Source of the DNA: Octopus vulgaris
Taxonomy: Eukaryota
Reading direction: 5' to 3'
Length of the DNA stretch: 64,000 nt
Assembly (NCBI GenBank): GCA_951406725.2
Contig: OX597826.1
Span: 58,776,001 to 58,840,000 of the forward strand
Each line of letters opens with the position of its first letter. Positions within the stretch are counted from its first letter, which is position 1. A program made the position numbers and the translations under genes. Shown one piece after another: positions 1 to 12,036 of the stretch. The notes below the pieces were generated by a model. That model was not told the DNA's origin, did no database searches, and worked only from the letters and a program-made list of their open reading frames with translations.

Positions 1-503
1 CACTTCTGCCACATCTCCGCAAGCAATCAAAAATGGATTTGCCTCATTCATTTGATGTGCGGCCCAGACATCGGGTCTCTCGACGCCACCAAGTTTATGC
101 AGATGGTTTTCAATCCACGATTTGAAATTTTGGGAATAACATTCTGGTCGTATGACGCGGGTTGGTGTCGTTTTTAAGGTCAGTTACCCAAGCAGAGCGA
201 AACCTGTCTTAAATCGAAAAAATTCCCGAATAAAATCTTGAGTATCACTTCTGGCACACGTTCCTTAATAGTAACCTATCCGTAGACAGCGCATTTCTCC
301 TTGTTTTTCCTAAGCGTTCTTGACTTTTTTTTTCAAAATAAAAAAAAATCCGAGGTGTCGCGAATATTCGTTTTCCTGGTCCATTTTCGGAGTGATTGCA
401 AGCACACAAAATACAATGTCTCTGTGCACGTTCGCGGTGAACTACGTTAAGTATTTACCGAGTACGCATCCGCAAGAGACAGGTTTCAGGTTTTTATCGC
501 CAG

Positions 504-610
<107 letters not shown>

Positions 611-622
611 GAGAGAGTGAGA

Positions 623-850
623 GACGCAGGTAAGGTAATGTGGTAAGAGGTCGGCTCCACAACCATATGGTTCAGGGTTCAGTCCCACTGCTTGGCACCT
701 TGAGCGAGTGTCTTCTACTATAGCCTCGGGCCGACCAAAGCTTTCTGAGTGGATTTGGTATAGGGAAACTGAAAGAAGCCCATCTTATATATATATATGT
801 GTGTGTGTGTGTTTATTTTGTTACCCCACCATCGCTTGACAACCGATGTT
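623..850 (+). mobile_element. tRNA-derived SINE family A, 5' part (3' truncated)
   Basis: Head tgtggtaag...ggttcagtcccactg (A/B-box-like), then ccttgagcgagtgtcttctactatagcctcgggccgaccaaag, matching the full copies at 33932 and 55223. Confidence 0.85.
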
Positions 851-1245
851 ACTATCTCGGCCTGACAGGATGTGTCAAGATCTGATTTTTCATTAACAGC
901 GATGATTTGATCGTAGTTTTGAATAGTCACTTTATTTTTAAATAGGTTCAGGTAGGATCTGAACTCATTCTGCAGAGACCCAGAAAGAAAACCACATGGC
1001 ATTATTACATTCGACATTTATAGAAGTCACGTGGTTAAATAAATATCTATGCACACAGAAAAACTGCGATGGCGGATGATTTATTTCCCGCTAGAGGTGT
1101 AAACAATAGTGCTTATATGCACCGAAAGCTATTATGCGAGTTTCACTCCTATAACTATCGCTGCATTTCCATCACAACATCCACTTTTAAGTAGAGATAA
1201 AAATCATTTCACCAGATATTTGTGTACGTACATACGTACGTACAT

Positions 1246-1950
1246 AAGCCGTCCCATCAACACATGCACCACACCCCATCACACAGCACAGTCCCTCCAT
1301 TGATGAGCCCTCAGATGAGTTTTAAGACTAGCTGCTGACTGACATGGTTTAAAGCACAAGTCACAGATATTATTCAAGTTTCTTCTCCATTTTTACATAC
1401 ATACATACACGATTGCTTCATCTTGACAGATGATAGCCGTCCCATCAACACACACACCACACCCCATTACACAGCACAGTCCCTCCGTTGATGAGCCCTC
1501 AGATGAGTTTTAAGACTAGCTGCTAACTGACATGGTTTAAAGCACAAGTCACAGATATTATTCAAGTTTCTTCTACATTTTTACACTTTGGAATCTGATT
1601 CTGAAGGAATGTTTTCGTGAATTAGCATATGTCTTTTAAGTCCAGATATTGTCTTACAAGTTTTGTGACATATGACACAACTTGTAAGAGGCCGTTGGGT
1701 TTTAAGATTATTACTTAACCTGGACATTTCGATTTTCACAGGATTCACGTATCCTGCTTTTGACAACAGAATGCTAGTATACACAATATATATCCAATAT
1801 TCACTGTTGGTTTCAGTCCCAACTGTTCCTTTTTAACAGACCTTTTAAGCTCAGAGCACTGAATCATCTTTTCCTCCCAGACATTGCAACCAGTCTTCAC
1901 AGCAACTCTCCACTTGCTCCGATCCAGAGCGTCAGCTTCCCAATCACTTT
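1246..1950 (-). mobile_element. RTE-clade LINE 3' end with C-terminal C2H2 zinc fingers and (TATG)n tail; last ~150 bp duplicated
   Basis: Minus-strand translation gives WEADALDRSKWRVAVKTG (RTE post-RT motif), CVICHKTCKTISGLKRHMLIH and CDLCFKPCQSAASLKTHLRAH. 1247-1397 is a direct repeat of 1436-1585. Confidence 0.7.
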
Positions 1951-1959
1951 ACATACATA

Positions 1960-2825
1960 TAAGGTCTGATCAATAAGTAACCTGATTGTCACTATAGTAA
2001 CGAGGCTAAAGCACGCAGAGTAAAGTCGCTTGGCACAGATTGACCTTCAACTCAGTTGTGCATGCGCACTAAGTTTTAGCGTTCTAGCTCACTTCCACTG
2101 TTTACAGCAGTGCTTGGAAAGAGCGTGTGTAGCGTGTGATCGTCGCATTGACCACGACAGATAAAGTTGTCATCGCGATACCTACTCAGAGGCTTACGCA
2201 AAGTTGCAGAAAGTGTATGAGCTGTGCAGAAGTGTACGAGTGATTCAGACGTTTCTAAGACGGCCGAGAAAATGTCGATATTGACGAACGTTCTGGAAGA
2301 CCTGCAACCAGCAGGACTGAGAAAAATATTGCAGATGTGCGTGCAGCTGTTAGGGGAAACCGTTGAACAACCATCCGTGAGTTATCAGAGGATGTGGAGA
2401 TTAGTTACGGTTCACTTCAGTCCATTATTACTGAAGGTTTGTGTATGAGACGCCTGTCTGTCAAGTTTGTACCAAAACTGCTTTCAGCTGACCAAAAAGA
2501 TACTCGGGTTTCAGCTGCACAAGATCTCCTTGATTATGTCGAGAATGATGAAAACTGTGTGAAAACTTTGCGTAGGCCTCTGAGCAGATATCGTTAAGCT
2601 TTTGGCAAAATTTGATGGAGATTCTCTGCTAACTTTTTCTATCGTGGTCAATGCGACGATCACACGCTACACACCTTCCTTCCAAGCTCTACTGTAAACA
2701 GCGGAAGTGGGTTAGAACGTTAAAACTTAGTGCTCATGCACAGTAGGGTCTCAGGTCAATCTGTGTCAAGCGGCTTCCCTCTGCGTGCTATGGTAACTGT
2801 CGGGATATTTATTGATCAGACCATG
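1960..2825 (+). mobile_element. Non-autonomous mariner derivative with very long TIRs
   Basis: TA flanks; aggtctgatcaataagta ... tttattgatcagacc termini; ~200+ bp inverted ends; internal transposase HTH remnant (ISYGSLQSIITEGLCMRRLSVKFVPKLL). Second copy at 20732-21615. Confidence 0.85.
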
Positions 2826-3374
2826 TACATACGCAGTACTTATGCATTGAAATAACGTGCATAGCCATACGAACTTGAGTTCTTATTTTACACTGTAATG
2901 CAAACGTTATATTGATAGACATAGTCAACCGATTAGCAACTCTAGAAAATTGCTATTGCACTCTCCAAATACTTCAAATAATCTCGAACAATAACGATAT
3001 TATGTATTGTAATCTAAAGTTATTTTGAAATTAGAAAACAAGCTTAATTTAGTGTGAGTTAATGTTATTATATAATCATTAAACAGCTTAAATTAATGAA
3101 ATTAAATTAAATATACAACAGCTTTATTTTCAATTAATTACGTTGAAAAGCAGCCAGAAATATAGGTTAGAGGAGGTTAGATCTGGGATGAGGGTTCAGA
3201 CTGCGGTATTTCTTCTCATGTTGCTTGTTTATCGAAAAATGACGTCAATATCAACGCGGTAGCAGATCTTATGCACTGAGGCTCTCAACGTTGGCAGTAA
3301 TGCTCCCAAGGGGTCACTGGCCAGGTCGAAGTGGGTCATAGGCTTTAAAGGTCGATGATGTAAACGTAATTGTC

Positions 3375-3661
3375 CAGCGCTCCGTCGGTTACGACGACGT
3401 GGGTTCCAGCCTGCTTGTGAAATTAACGTACAATGGCTGAGCACTCCACAGACACGTGTACACTTAATGTAGTTCTGAGGGATATTCATCGTGACACAGA
3501 ATGTGACATGGCTGGCCCTATGTAAGACAGGTACTACACATTTTTGCCAGCTGAAGCAACGTGAAATAAAGTGTCTTGGTCGAGGACACAGCGCGTTGCC
3601 GGGTATCGAGCTCATGACATTACGATCGTGAACCTCAGCTCTAACCACTAAGCCACGTGCC
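3375..3661 (-). mobile_element. tRNA-derived SINE family C
   Basis: Minus-strand head ggcacgtggcttagtggttagag...; body ctccgtcggttacgacga...gaaattaacgt...gctgagcactccacagacacgtgta shared with 22598-22980. Confidence 0.75.
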
Positions 3662-3731
3662 TTTACATGGTAATTAACAGACTAAATTTTACCTATAATG
3701 TTAATTATATCTTACATATTAAAACTAAACA

Positions 3732-4133
3732 TATGGATGCGAGACCTGGACACTAAAGAAAGCTGACCAGAAGAGAATTTATGCATTCGAGCTTTGGTGT
3801 TGGAGAAGACTTTTGCGGATTCCATGGACAGCGAGGCTCACCAATGGAGAAGTTCTTAAGCAGATAAGGCCGAAAATGTCGCTAGAAGCTGGGATCACCA
3901 AGCGTAGATTGGCATATTTCGGTCATATTATGCGGAGAGAATTCCTGGAGAAGGACATAATTCTCGGAATGGTCAGTGGCAAGAGAGGAAGAGGCAGACC
4001 AAGAACCCGCTGGCTTGACACCATCAGGGGTGATACCGGAATGGACATTGCCAATCTGAAGGAAGCGGCCCAGGATAGAACTGACTGGAGGACACTGATC
4101 CAACGAGTGACCGAGAGTCGACTTCGACTGAGC

Positions 4134-4198
<65 letters not shown>
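3732..4198 (+). mobile_element. 5'-truncated RTE (BovB-like) LINE: open C-terminal ORF plus (GA)n tail
   Basis: Frame 3732-4139 reads YGCETWTLKKADQKRIYAFELWCWRRLLRIPWTAR...YFGHIMRR..LEKDIILG.V.GKRGRGRPRTRWLD...DRTDWR, the characteristic RTE/BovB C-terminus. The stop runs directly into (GA)n. Confidence 0.9.
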
Positions 4199-4203
<5 letters not shown>

Positions 4204-4784
4204 GCACGAACATATATAGAAAACTTACTTAGATCTCATTAGGAACAGGGAAGTCATCAACTTGAAATGTATAGAATTAATTTACACCTTTATAGATTTT
4301 TAGTATTTATTATTATTTTTATTATTTCACTGTCGAACGCTTATACAATCCATTTTCAGAATAAACTTTTCAAATTGTCATCCATGTTAAGTTAGTTTAG
4401 TCGTGAAACCTCACTCGCCACTTAAGTGAGCACTAGGCATAGCACATACTTAAAACAGGCGCTACCAAAAAGCAAAGAAAAATAATAATGGCTAAGAAGC
4501 ACTACTATCTAGTACAACTTACTTTGATTTTCCGGTCCTCCAAGATTTCATTTTCAGTAACCTCACTCATGATTTCTGTAAACTTGGGGATGTCATTATG
4601 AAGAAATTTAGTAGTGGAAATTCTTTGTATTGTTACTGGCTCAACTTTGTGTTCAAGTTCATTTCAGATGGGAATACTGTAATAAACCAAAGTTCTTCAA
4701 TGTATAAGTTTTTACCAGAGGTCTCTATTAGCTCCTTCACATCATGCTCATCGATATTTTGGTAGATTCTCAAAGGTGGTGAGA

Positions 4785-4990
4785 TGGGAGAATGGTTAGC
4801 AGGCTGGGAAAATGTAGAGCTGTGTTTCGTCCGTCTTTACGTTCGGAGTTCAAATTCCGCTGAGATTTGACTTTGTCCTTTTTCCTTTCAGGGTCGATAA
4901 AATAAATACCTGTTGAGCACTGGGGTTGATGTAATCGTCTAGCATCCACCTCCGACCACCTCCGGTATTTTGTGCCAAAATTTGAAAAGA
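4785..4990 (+). mobile_element. SINE family B (Meta-domain-like), diverged
   Basis: gagttcaaattccgc...gactttg.cttt...gggtcgataaaataaatacc...cactgggg core, shared with many copies in the window. Confidence 0.75.
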
Positions 4991-5894
4991 TGTTTTGAAT
5001 GTTCCATTGGATTAAAAAGCTCAGCAATGTCATTGTTAGGGCTGATATTTCTTCGTAAAATTCGAGGTAGTCATTTCATGCTTCTGACCAATTTTTGGTT
5101 CCCTCTTCCCAAAATGCCTTGAAATCCACCTTAAAAGCCAATGCCTGCAATGAGCCCCATTTAGTGATCTGCTAAAAACAACCTCACTGCTGGTTGTTCG
5201 TTGTATTTAAAGTGAATTGCTTATGTACATTGCATTTGCAGAGGTGTGTTTAACAATATCTAATAGTTTGTTATTATTTGCTCTGGTTAATTACGGAGGA
5301 CATTTTGTCATTAATCGAAATTTTTGAATTACAAAGAAGCTGACTGCTTTGAAAACTTTTATTCTATTTATTTTTGGCATTTCCAATCTATATCATTCAT
5401 TGATATTTCATACACATTCGCATTTGATACTATAGTTTCAAAAAAATTAAAATGTTTATTATTGCAATTGAATAGAAAAGGATAAACACACATTTTTTCA
5501 GCGATCCCTATTTAGGACTTTTCGAAAGATTTATCATAATTTCCAAAATAATTCACATATGAAGAAAATTTAAGTAACATATACTATTTTAACTCTTACG
5601 AAATCTGGCAAAACCAAAAAATATGAATAAAACAATTTGGCAGTTAATGGGTTAACCCGTCTGTTCAACAAGTTGTTTAAAAGCGTGATGAAACTAGCGT
5701 GTAGGCTTTGACATTAGAAATTGCACCAAGATCCATAGAAGTACTAATTTTCATTATTTTTCTGACCTGTGAGAATCATAAGGCCGGCTACTCGGTTCGG
5801 TGACGTATGAGTGACTAACATTACAACCGTTACCCTGCACAGGGGGGGGGGCGATCCCATGGAAGGCAGAAGGCCAATAATTCTGAGAGGAGTG

Positions 5895-6050
5895 GACTAG
5901 TCAGTTACATAGGCCCCAGTGCCTGACTGGTACTTCATTTTATCGAGGGGTCGATAAAAGTAAAAATATCCAGGGTGAGATTTGAACTCAGAACGTAAAG
6001 AGTCGGAAGAAATCCCGCGAAACCCGACGTGCTGGTGATTCTGCCAGCTC
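5895..6050 (-). mobile_element. SINE family B, diverged
   Basis: ccccagtg..tgactggtactt...atttgaactcagaacgtaaag...gattctgccagctc, the reverse complement of the family B consensus. Confidence 0.65.
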
Positions 6051-6466
6051 TCACAGCCTTAAAAGTACTGTTTGTTGATAGGTAAATCACTTGATAGGAA
6101 TACAGCTCTGAATAATATTATATTCCTAGGGATAGCCTGGAGCATTATCAATCACCAATACCTTTGGTCGAAGGTTATGTTCTTCGCAAAATATTTTCAT
6201 CGCCGGGGGAAATTTGCCGCAAACGACCGAGTGAAAATTTCTATTATCACCTAGGACTTCTTGTTTGCATTCCAAATCACATGCAGATGTATTTTGGATT
6301 ATATATTCTCTTCGCTGGTCGTTGCTTCTAAACGATAAACGACCATTGGTTTTATTTTTCACTTCAAATGTAAACAATATGTATCAAAATTGAAGCAATA
6401 ATAAACAGTAAAACACGAAAACAACACACACACGCATACACACGCATACACACACATACACACACA

Positions 6467-6510
<44 letters not shown>

Positions 6511-6736
6511 TACATGTATATGTGTTTGTATATATATACATATATTTAATGTATGTATGTTTGTATATATATATATATATATATATATAAATTAGAAAAA
6601 AGCCACCTATTATCTATTCAATAATGAAAAATTAAATTATACCATTTAGAAAAATTACATCTTATAGAAAGATTAAATATAAGATAAAACATATAACAAT
6701 GATTAAGTAATGTGCAAAATAATAAATAAAATTATT

Positions 6737-6778
<42 letters not shown>

Positions 6779-7020
6779 ATTACACATATACATATGTATA
6801 TGTAAATGACTCATCAGAGGAGATGATTGCTTTCATTGAATATAATAGCTCTGATGAAGGTGGCATTAATTCTCTAAGTCGTTCGTTGTTTTTTTTTCAT
6901 CGATCAACGAACCGATTGTGTAAAGCAATCCATAACGAACCTGTAAGCAGTAAGTCATATTTACTACAATAAAGTATTATTTGATGACCATTATCATAGC
7001 GTATTCTGTGTGTGTGTGTT

Positions 7021-7059
<39 letters not shown>

Positions 7060-7347
7060 TCAGTGTATGATACAACTTATTGAACACAGTTCAACAAATT
7101 CATTCATATTTATGTAAATGGAGGAGATTAGGTGTTAAAATGGATTATGGTTTTTATTACTCGTGTTGCTATACAATTAGTGTCATACAAAAGGACAGAG
7201 ATATTCATAATAAAAAAATCGGTAGCTTGGATAAAAAAAGGAAAAAGACGTTAGAAGTCCATAGATTTTCTCTAAGTAATCACGTAATGTATTTGTTCTT
7301 GGAGTCATGTCTATCTTAAACAATATAAAATAATATAATATGTAAAG

Positions 7348-7383
<36 letters not shown>

Positions 7384-7418
7384 GTGCCCCAGGATAGCCG
7401 CACCTCCTGAGCTGAAAC

Positions 7419-7557
7419 TTGGTTCGGCAAAAGAGACCGATAAAATAAGTACTGGGCTTACAAAAGAATAAGTCCTGGGATCGAGTTGCTCGATTAAAGG
7501 CGGTGCTCCAGCATGGCCGCAGTCAAATGACTGAAACAATTAAAAGAGTAAAAGAGT
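7419..7557 (+). mobile_element. SINE family A, 3' half
   Basis: ggttcggcaaaagagaccgata...gcatggccgcagtcaaatgactgaaac...aaaagagtaaaagag. Confidence 0.85.
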
Positions 7558-7567
7558 ATATATATAT

Positions 7568-7607
<40 letters not shown>

Positions 7608-7699
7608 CCTGATATTGGACAAAACAACAGAAACAACTTATTAATTGAAAGATTTATTACTTAATACTGTGTTGATGCACCTTTGGCATCAACCAGATT

Positions 7700-8560
7700 A
7701 TTAATACGTTGAGGAATTAACAACTACAGGTTCTGTGGGATAGAATGGTAAAAAAATATTCATATTATCCTTGGTGTTAACTCTACCAAGTAGGGTAACT
7801 AAACGGGTCAGAGAATCCCGTGTTACGGCTGTTGAAATAATCACAGCGCCAGCTCCATGCCTTACGACAGGGACCAAGCGATAGGGATATAAACTCGCAC
7901 CTAAAGGGAGGAAAATGGCATATGATCGCCCCATCAGAGATGACATTACTTCCATTGAGCCATTGACCAATTCTGATAGTTTAGACATAAATTTTTCCGC
8001 TAATCAACGTTGATGGAAGGCGGGATAGTTTTAGCTGCCGTCCCAGTATCCAGCCTATTAGGGCTCACGACAAACAGTTCCGGATATCAAAGGGTCGGCA
8101 TGATGGTGGTTGAGCTCTGCTGTCAGTTTGCTTCCACAGTTTGATGTGTTTTAGATAAAATACCATTTACTCTTTTACAATAGTTTTCTATGTGCTTTGC
8201 CTTTCTTCCAGAATTATACTTGCCAGATTTTGGTTTTCCTTCGTCTTGGAATGCTAACTTGATTTTAAAAACTGTACCTCTCCAAACATTAAGCACTTCA
8301 GCAGTTTTAGTGACTGACGTTCTAGGTATCTGAGCTCCAATTAATCTGTACTCTGCAGAAATTAGATAGGTCACACGTATTAACTTAATTAAATATAAAT
8401 ATCTCATGAAAGAAAAATGCAAAGAAAAAATTGAATGGTACAACACAAAATACTAGCATACATAAAACACACATATACTGTCTAGAATAGTTTTCAATTA
8501 TATTGTCAATAGAAGAAATAGTTTTAAAAAGTGGTGCCATTTTTCTTGAACTCCAGTGTG
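7700..8560 (-). mobile_element. Degenerate Tc1-family transposon
   Basis: Minus-strand HTH region SVTKTAEVLNVWRGTVFKI...KYNSGRK (8123-8446 ORF) and DDE-region PVVRHGAGAVII...LVTLLGRV (like PTVKHGGGSVMIW...LVTLHGRI; 7701-7988 ORF). Confidence 0.65.
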
Positions 8561-8578
8561 TACGTGCGTGTGTGTGCG

Positions 8579-8621
<43 letters not shown>

Positions 8622-8720
8622 TTTAAAAATTAAATTTAGGGTAAAAATTGATATTTATCAATTAGAACCAGTGGTCTAGCATATTAAAGAAAGAATCCGA
8701 AGATTAAAATATTTATATAT

Positions 8721-8952
8721 ACCAATTAAGGACTGCACACGAAAAGTGGACAGTCAACATGCTAGATATAGACGTCAAATCGCCATTCTCCACAAAAAGT
8801 TTATGTTCTCAGATCAAACTCAACAAAACCAAAGCAATATTGCTTTGGTTTTGTTGAGTTTGATCTGAGAACATAAACTTTTGTGGAGAATGGCGATTTG
8901 ACGTCTATATCTAGCATGTTGACTGTCCACTTTTCGTGTGCAGTCCTTAATT

Positions 8953-8955
<3 letters not shown>
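8721..8955. repeat. Spacerless near-perfect palindrome (~118-bp arms) within (TA)n-flanked insert
   Basis: Centre aaagcaat|attgcttt at 8838/8839; the arms differ only by one A/T homopolymer indel. Confidence 0.95.
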
Positions 8956-9009
<54 letters not shown>

Positions 9010-9011
<2 letters not shown>

Positions 9012-9180
9012 AAATCAAATAAACAAACAATTCAGATAAACGAATAAAAAACGAAAAACGAAAGCAACGAATGCAAGGACGTGCACAAGAAGTGTATTAA
9101 CTTGAGTTTAACGTTTCGAGCATAGCTCTTTGTCGGTAAAGAGAACGGGAAAAGTCCAAAGAAGGAGAAATCGCCAACAG
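9010..9180 (-). mobile_element. Penelope-like 3' terminal fragment with degenerate hammerhead motif
   Basis: Reverse complement ttggcgatt...ccgacaaagagctatgctcgaaacgttaaac, homologous to 15765-15957 and 59262-59440; ends at (TA)n. Confidence 0.6.
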
Positions 9181-9289
9181 CCAACATATACATGTGTGTG
9201 TGCGTGTGTGTGTGCGTGTGTGCGTGTGTATGTGTATGCAAACACATTCACATATATATGTGTGTGTATCTGCTAGTGTGCAATGATAT

Positions 9290-9412
9290 GGGCCCATAAC
9301 ACCTTCATGGAGTCGCAGTTGCGAGGCCATAGCATTCGGCACGTCTCGGATATTTTTCAAACAGGCAGAGCCTATCACTCTTCAGATCTGACCTCAGCCG
9401 ACTTTTTATTTA
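9290..9412 (+). mobile_element. Possible highly decayed mariner transposase remnant
   Basis: YHSSDLTSADFLF resembles the mariner YSPDLAPCDFFLF motif; no other support. Confidence 0.3.
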
Positions 9413-9944
9413 CTAGAATGAGAGAAAGAGACAGACAGGAAGAAATATGGAAAGAGAAGGATCGACAACAGCACAAGACTGTTTCTTTATCGATACTGTC
9501 AGAGAGAAAACCAAAGTTTAACGTGTGAGTGGTTTGAATTCAAGAGAGCAGCGACATATGCTGTAGGCAAATGCAATCGACTCAACGACTCTGATTTATA
9601 CTAATTTGTATGATTACTTGCAATGGTGCCCAAACAGCTGAAAATAAAAGCCTAATATTACTCAAAGTGAACCCTAAGTTCTAAAACGGCTATAGGCCAA
9701 GATATTTTTTAAATTGCACACTTAAGGAAAAATTAGTTTGATTTTGTTTTAGTAGTGTGGTACGCCTGATGGTAAGTCATGATTCGTGCAGACTGCTCCT
9801 CGAAGAAGGTCAGTCATACTTGGTCTAAAATAAAGGAAGGATACGTTACGTAAGACCTAGTTATACATACCCCTAAAATGACAGAACTGTAGAGGTTAGA
9901 GACAAAGCTATATATATATATTGGGGAGAGAGAGAGAGAGAGAG

Positions 9945-10027
<83 letters not shown>

Positions 10028-10030
<3 letters not shown>

Positions 10031-10291
10031 AAATTAGAGACAAAACCACTATTAGGCAAATCATACAATGAAAAACTTAAGCCAATATATAAGATTAATT
10101 AATTTATATTATTTTAAATATATATCAAAATTATTAAAAAAAGATAATTAGTATAACACTAATTATACTAATTATCTTTTTTTAATAATTTTGATATATA
10201 TTTAAAATAATATAAATTAATTAATCTTATGTATTGGCTTAAGTTTTTCATTGTATGATTTGCCTAATAGTGGTTTTATCTCTAATTTAAT
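10028..10291. repeat. Near-perfect hairpin (~129-bp arms, 6-nt loop) within (TA)n-flanked insert
   Basis: Arms 10028-10156 and 10163-10291, loop cactaa, about two mismatches. The arm start resembles 6590-6640. Confidence 0.95.
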
Positions 10292-11107
10292 ATAATATAA
10301 TATTTTACCAAAAAATTGGATTCAATCCTAAATCTGATTTTTCCCTGTAAGTTTGGATTTATTCCCTAATATTTTATTATATATATATATATATATTCAC
10401 AAACACAGCATACATACACACACACCTCTCTAGGCGCAGTTCGATCATTGTTCAACTGGCAGTAAAAAAAAACAACCATAAATAACACCAGCAACAACAA
10501 CAACAGTAGTCCCTTGTGTTTTTTTTTCTGTTTCCCTTTCCCTTAGAATCGTGTCGTTTGTTTTACCTGCACGTAACCATACTTTACAACAACTATTGTT
10601 TCCTCGTAACAGAATCATTTTCTTTCACTTATAAACACAACTAAAGTGTTGTTTTCTGTTTTTCAATTGAATTCCGTCCTCCCCAACCTTTCACTCTACC
10701 ATATACATATATGTATTGTATTATATATCAAAGCATTTCCGTACTAAATTTACGACAGGGCAGAGCGTATAAATGACACCCACTAGTAATATAGTCTGTG
10801 ATAAATAAAAAAAAAGAAAGAAAACAAAAGAAAAAAATTTAAATAATATAACTAAAAAATAATAACAATAGTCTTCTCTTTTATTTTGTCACCAAGGTCC
10901 CATACATACAGTAAAGCGTCAGAAATAGGGATTACAAAGAGACCGGGAGATGTTCATATGTAGTTATGTAAACACTAAGATTGCGGCGATACAGGGACGT
11001 TATACAATCTATTGGGACATAGCAACCATTTTTATCTACGTACAAGTAAATGAATTTCTCTGTTCGTCTGTTTAAATATGTACGCGTATATGTACATCAT
11101 TCACCCT

Positions 11108-11131
11108 CTTCTTTTCTTCCTTCTTTCCTTC

Positions 11132-11173
<42 letters not shown>

Positions 11174-11332
11174 CTCTTTCTTTCTTTCCTTCCTTCCTTC
11201 TTTCCTTCCTTCCTTCCTTCTTTCTTTCCTTCCTTCTTTCCTTCTTTATTTCCTTCTTTCCTTCTTTATTTCCTTCTTTCCTTTTTCCTTCTTTCTTTTT
11301 TCTTTCTTTCTTCCCTCCCTCATTTCTTTCCT

Positions 11333-11402
<70 letters not shown>

Positions 11403-11460
11403 TTTCTTTCTTCCGTTCTTCCTTTCTTCTTTCCTTCCTTCCTTCCTCTCTCTCTCTCTC
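11108..11460. repeat. (CTTT)n/(CTTC)n polypyrimidine microsatellite
   Basis: Directly visible ~350-bp purine/pyrimidine-asymmetric tract. Confidence 0.95.
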
Positions 11461-11922
11461 CACATATACACATACATACACATACACACACACTATACAT
11501 ATACAGACATACCTCAGCTTACGTCGGTAATTGGTTCTAACACATGCGCCGTAACCCGAAAAGTCATTTTAAAACATTAGCTTCTACCTGTATTAAAAAA
11601 TACTTTGTGAATTATTTTCACTAGTATTGGATCTTTGCGGTTTGAACGGCAGTTTTTAACATAATTTCTAGGTAACTAAAAAATTTTAAACTTTTACACT
11701 GGTAGAATGTGTTTAGAAAACATTCTTTTCTCTTGGCTTTCTTTAGAAAATTCTGTAGTTTGTAACATATTTCGTCTTTAATTTCTTGCATTTCGGCAAT
11801 TTTAACCAATCAATGACCATCTATTGAGGTGAAAGCATTCTGTGCCGTATGACTATGTCCCGCGTTTAAGAAACAAACTGGGTTTATTTACATTTGTGAA
11901 GAAAAAAAGATACCCTTCCGCA

Positions 11923-11957
11923 CCCCTAACCCTAACCCTAACCCTAACTAACCCTAA
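11923..11957 (-). repeat. Short interstitial telomere-like (TTAGGG)n tract
   Basis: ccctaaccctaaccctaaccctaactaaccctaa. Confidence 0.8.
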
Positions 11958-12036
11958 ATCTAAAATAGATTGAAATGCAATAGATCGATTCTAGGATCAT
12001 AATTATGGGTGACAATTTCATATGACAACGCTAAAG

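Larger units (their letters stand above)
4640..6240 (-). mobile_element. Degraded Tigger/pogo-like DDE transposase remnant, interrupted by younger insertions
   Basis: Colinear minus-strand fragments: KIFCEEHNLRPKVLVIDNAPGYP (~6130-6200), SMDLGAISNVKAY (~5700-5740, like PMDQGVI..FKAY) and IDEHDVKELIETSGKNLYIEEL (~4690-4755). Confidence 0.6.

Noticed and set aside
5636-5655. piggyBac-like end (ggcagttaatggg-ttaa)
   Set aside because: No matching opposite terminus found, so an element cannot be delimited.
11923-11957. True telomere or chromosome-fusion site
   Set aside because: Only about 5 units, one orientation, internal to ordinary sequence.
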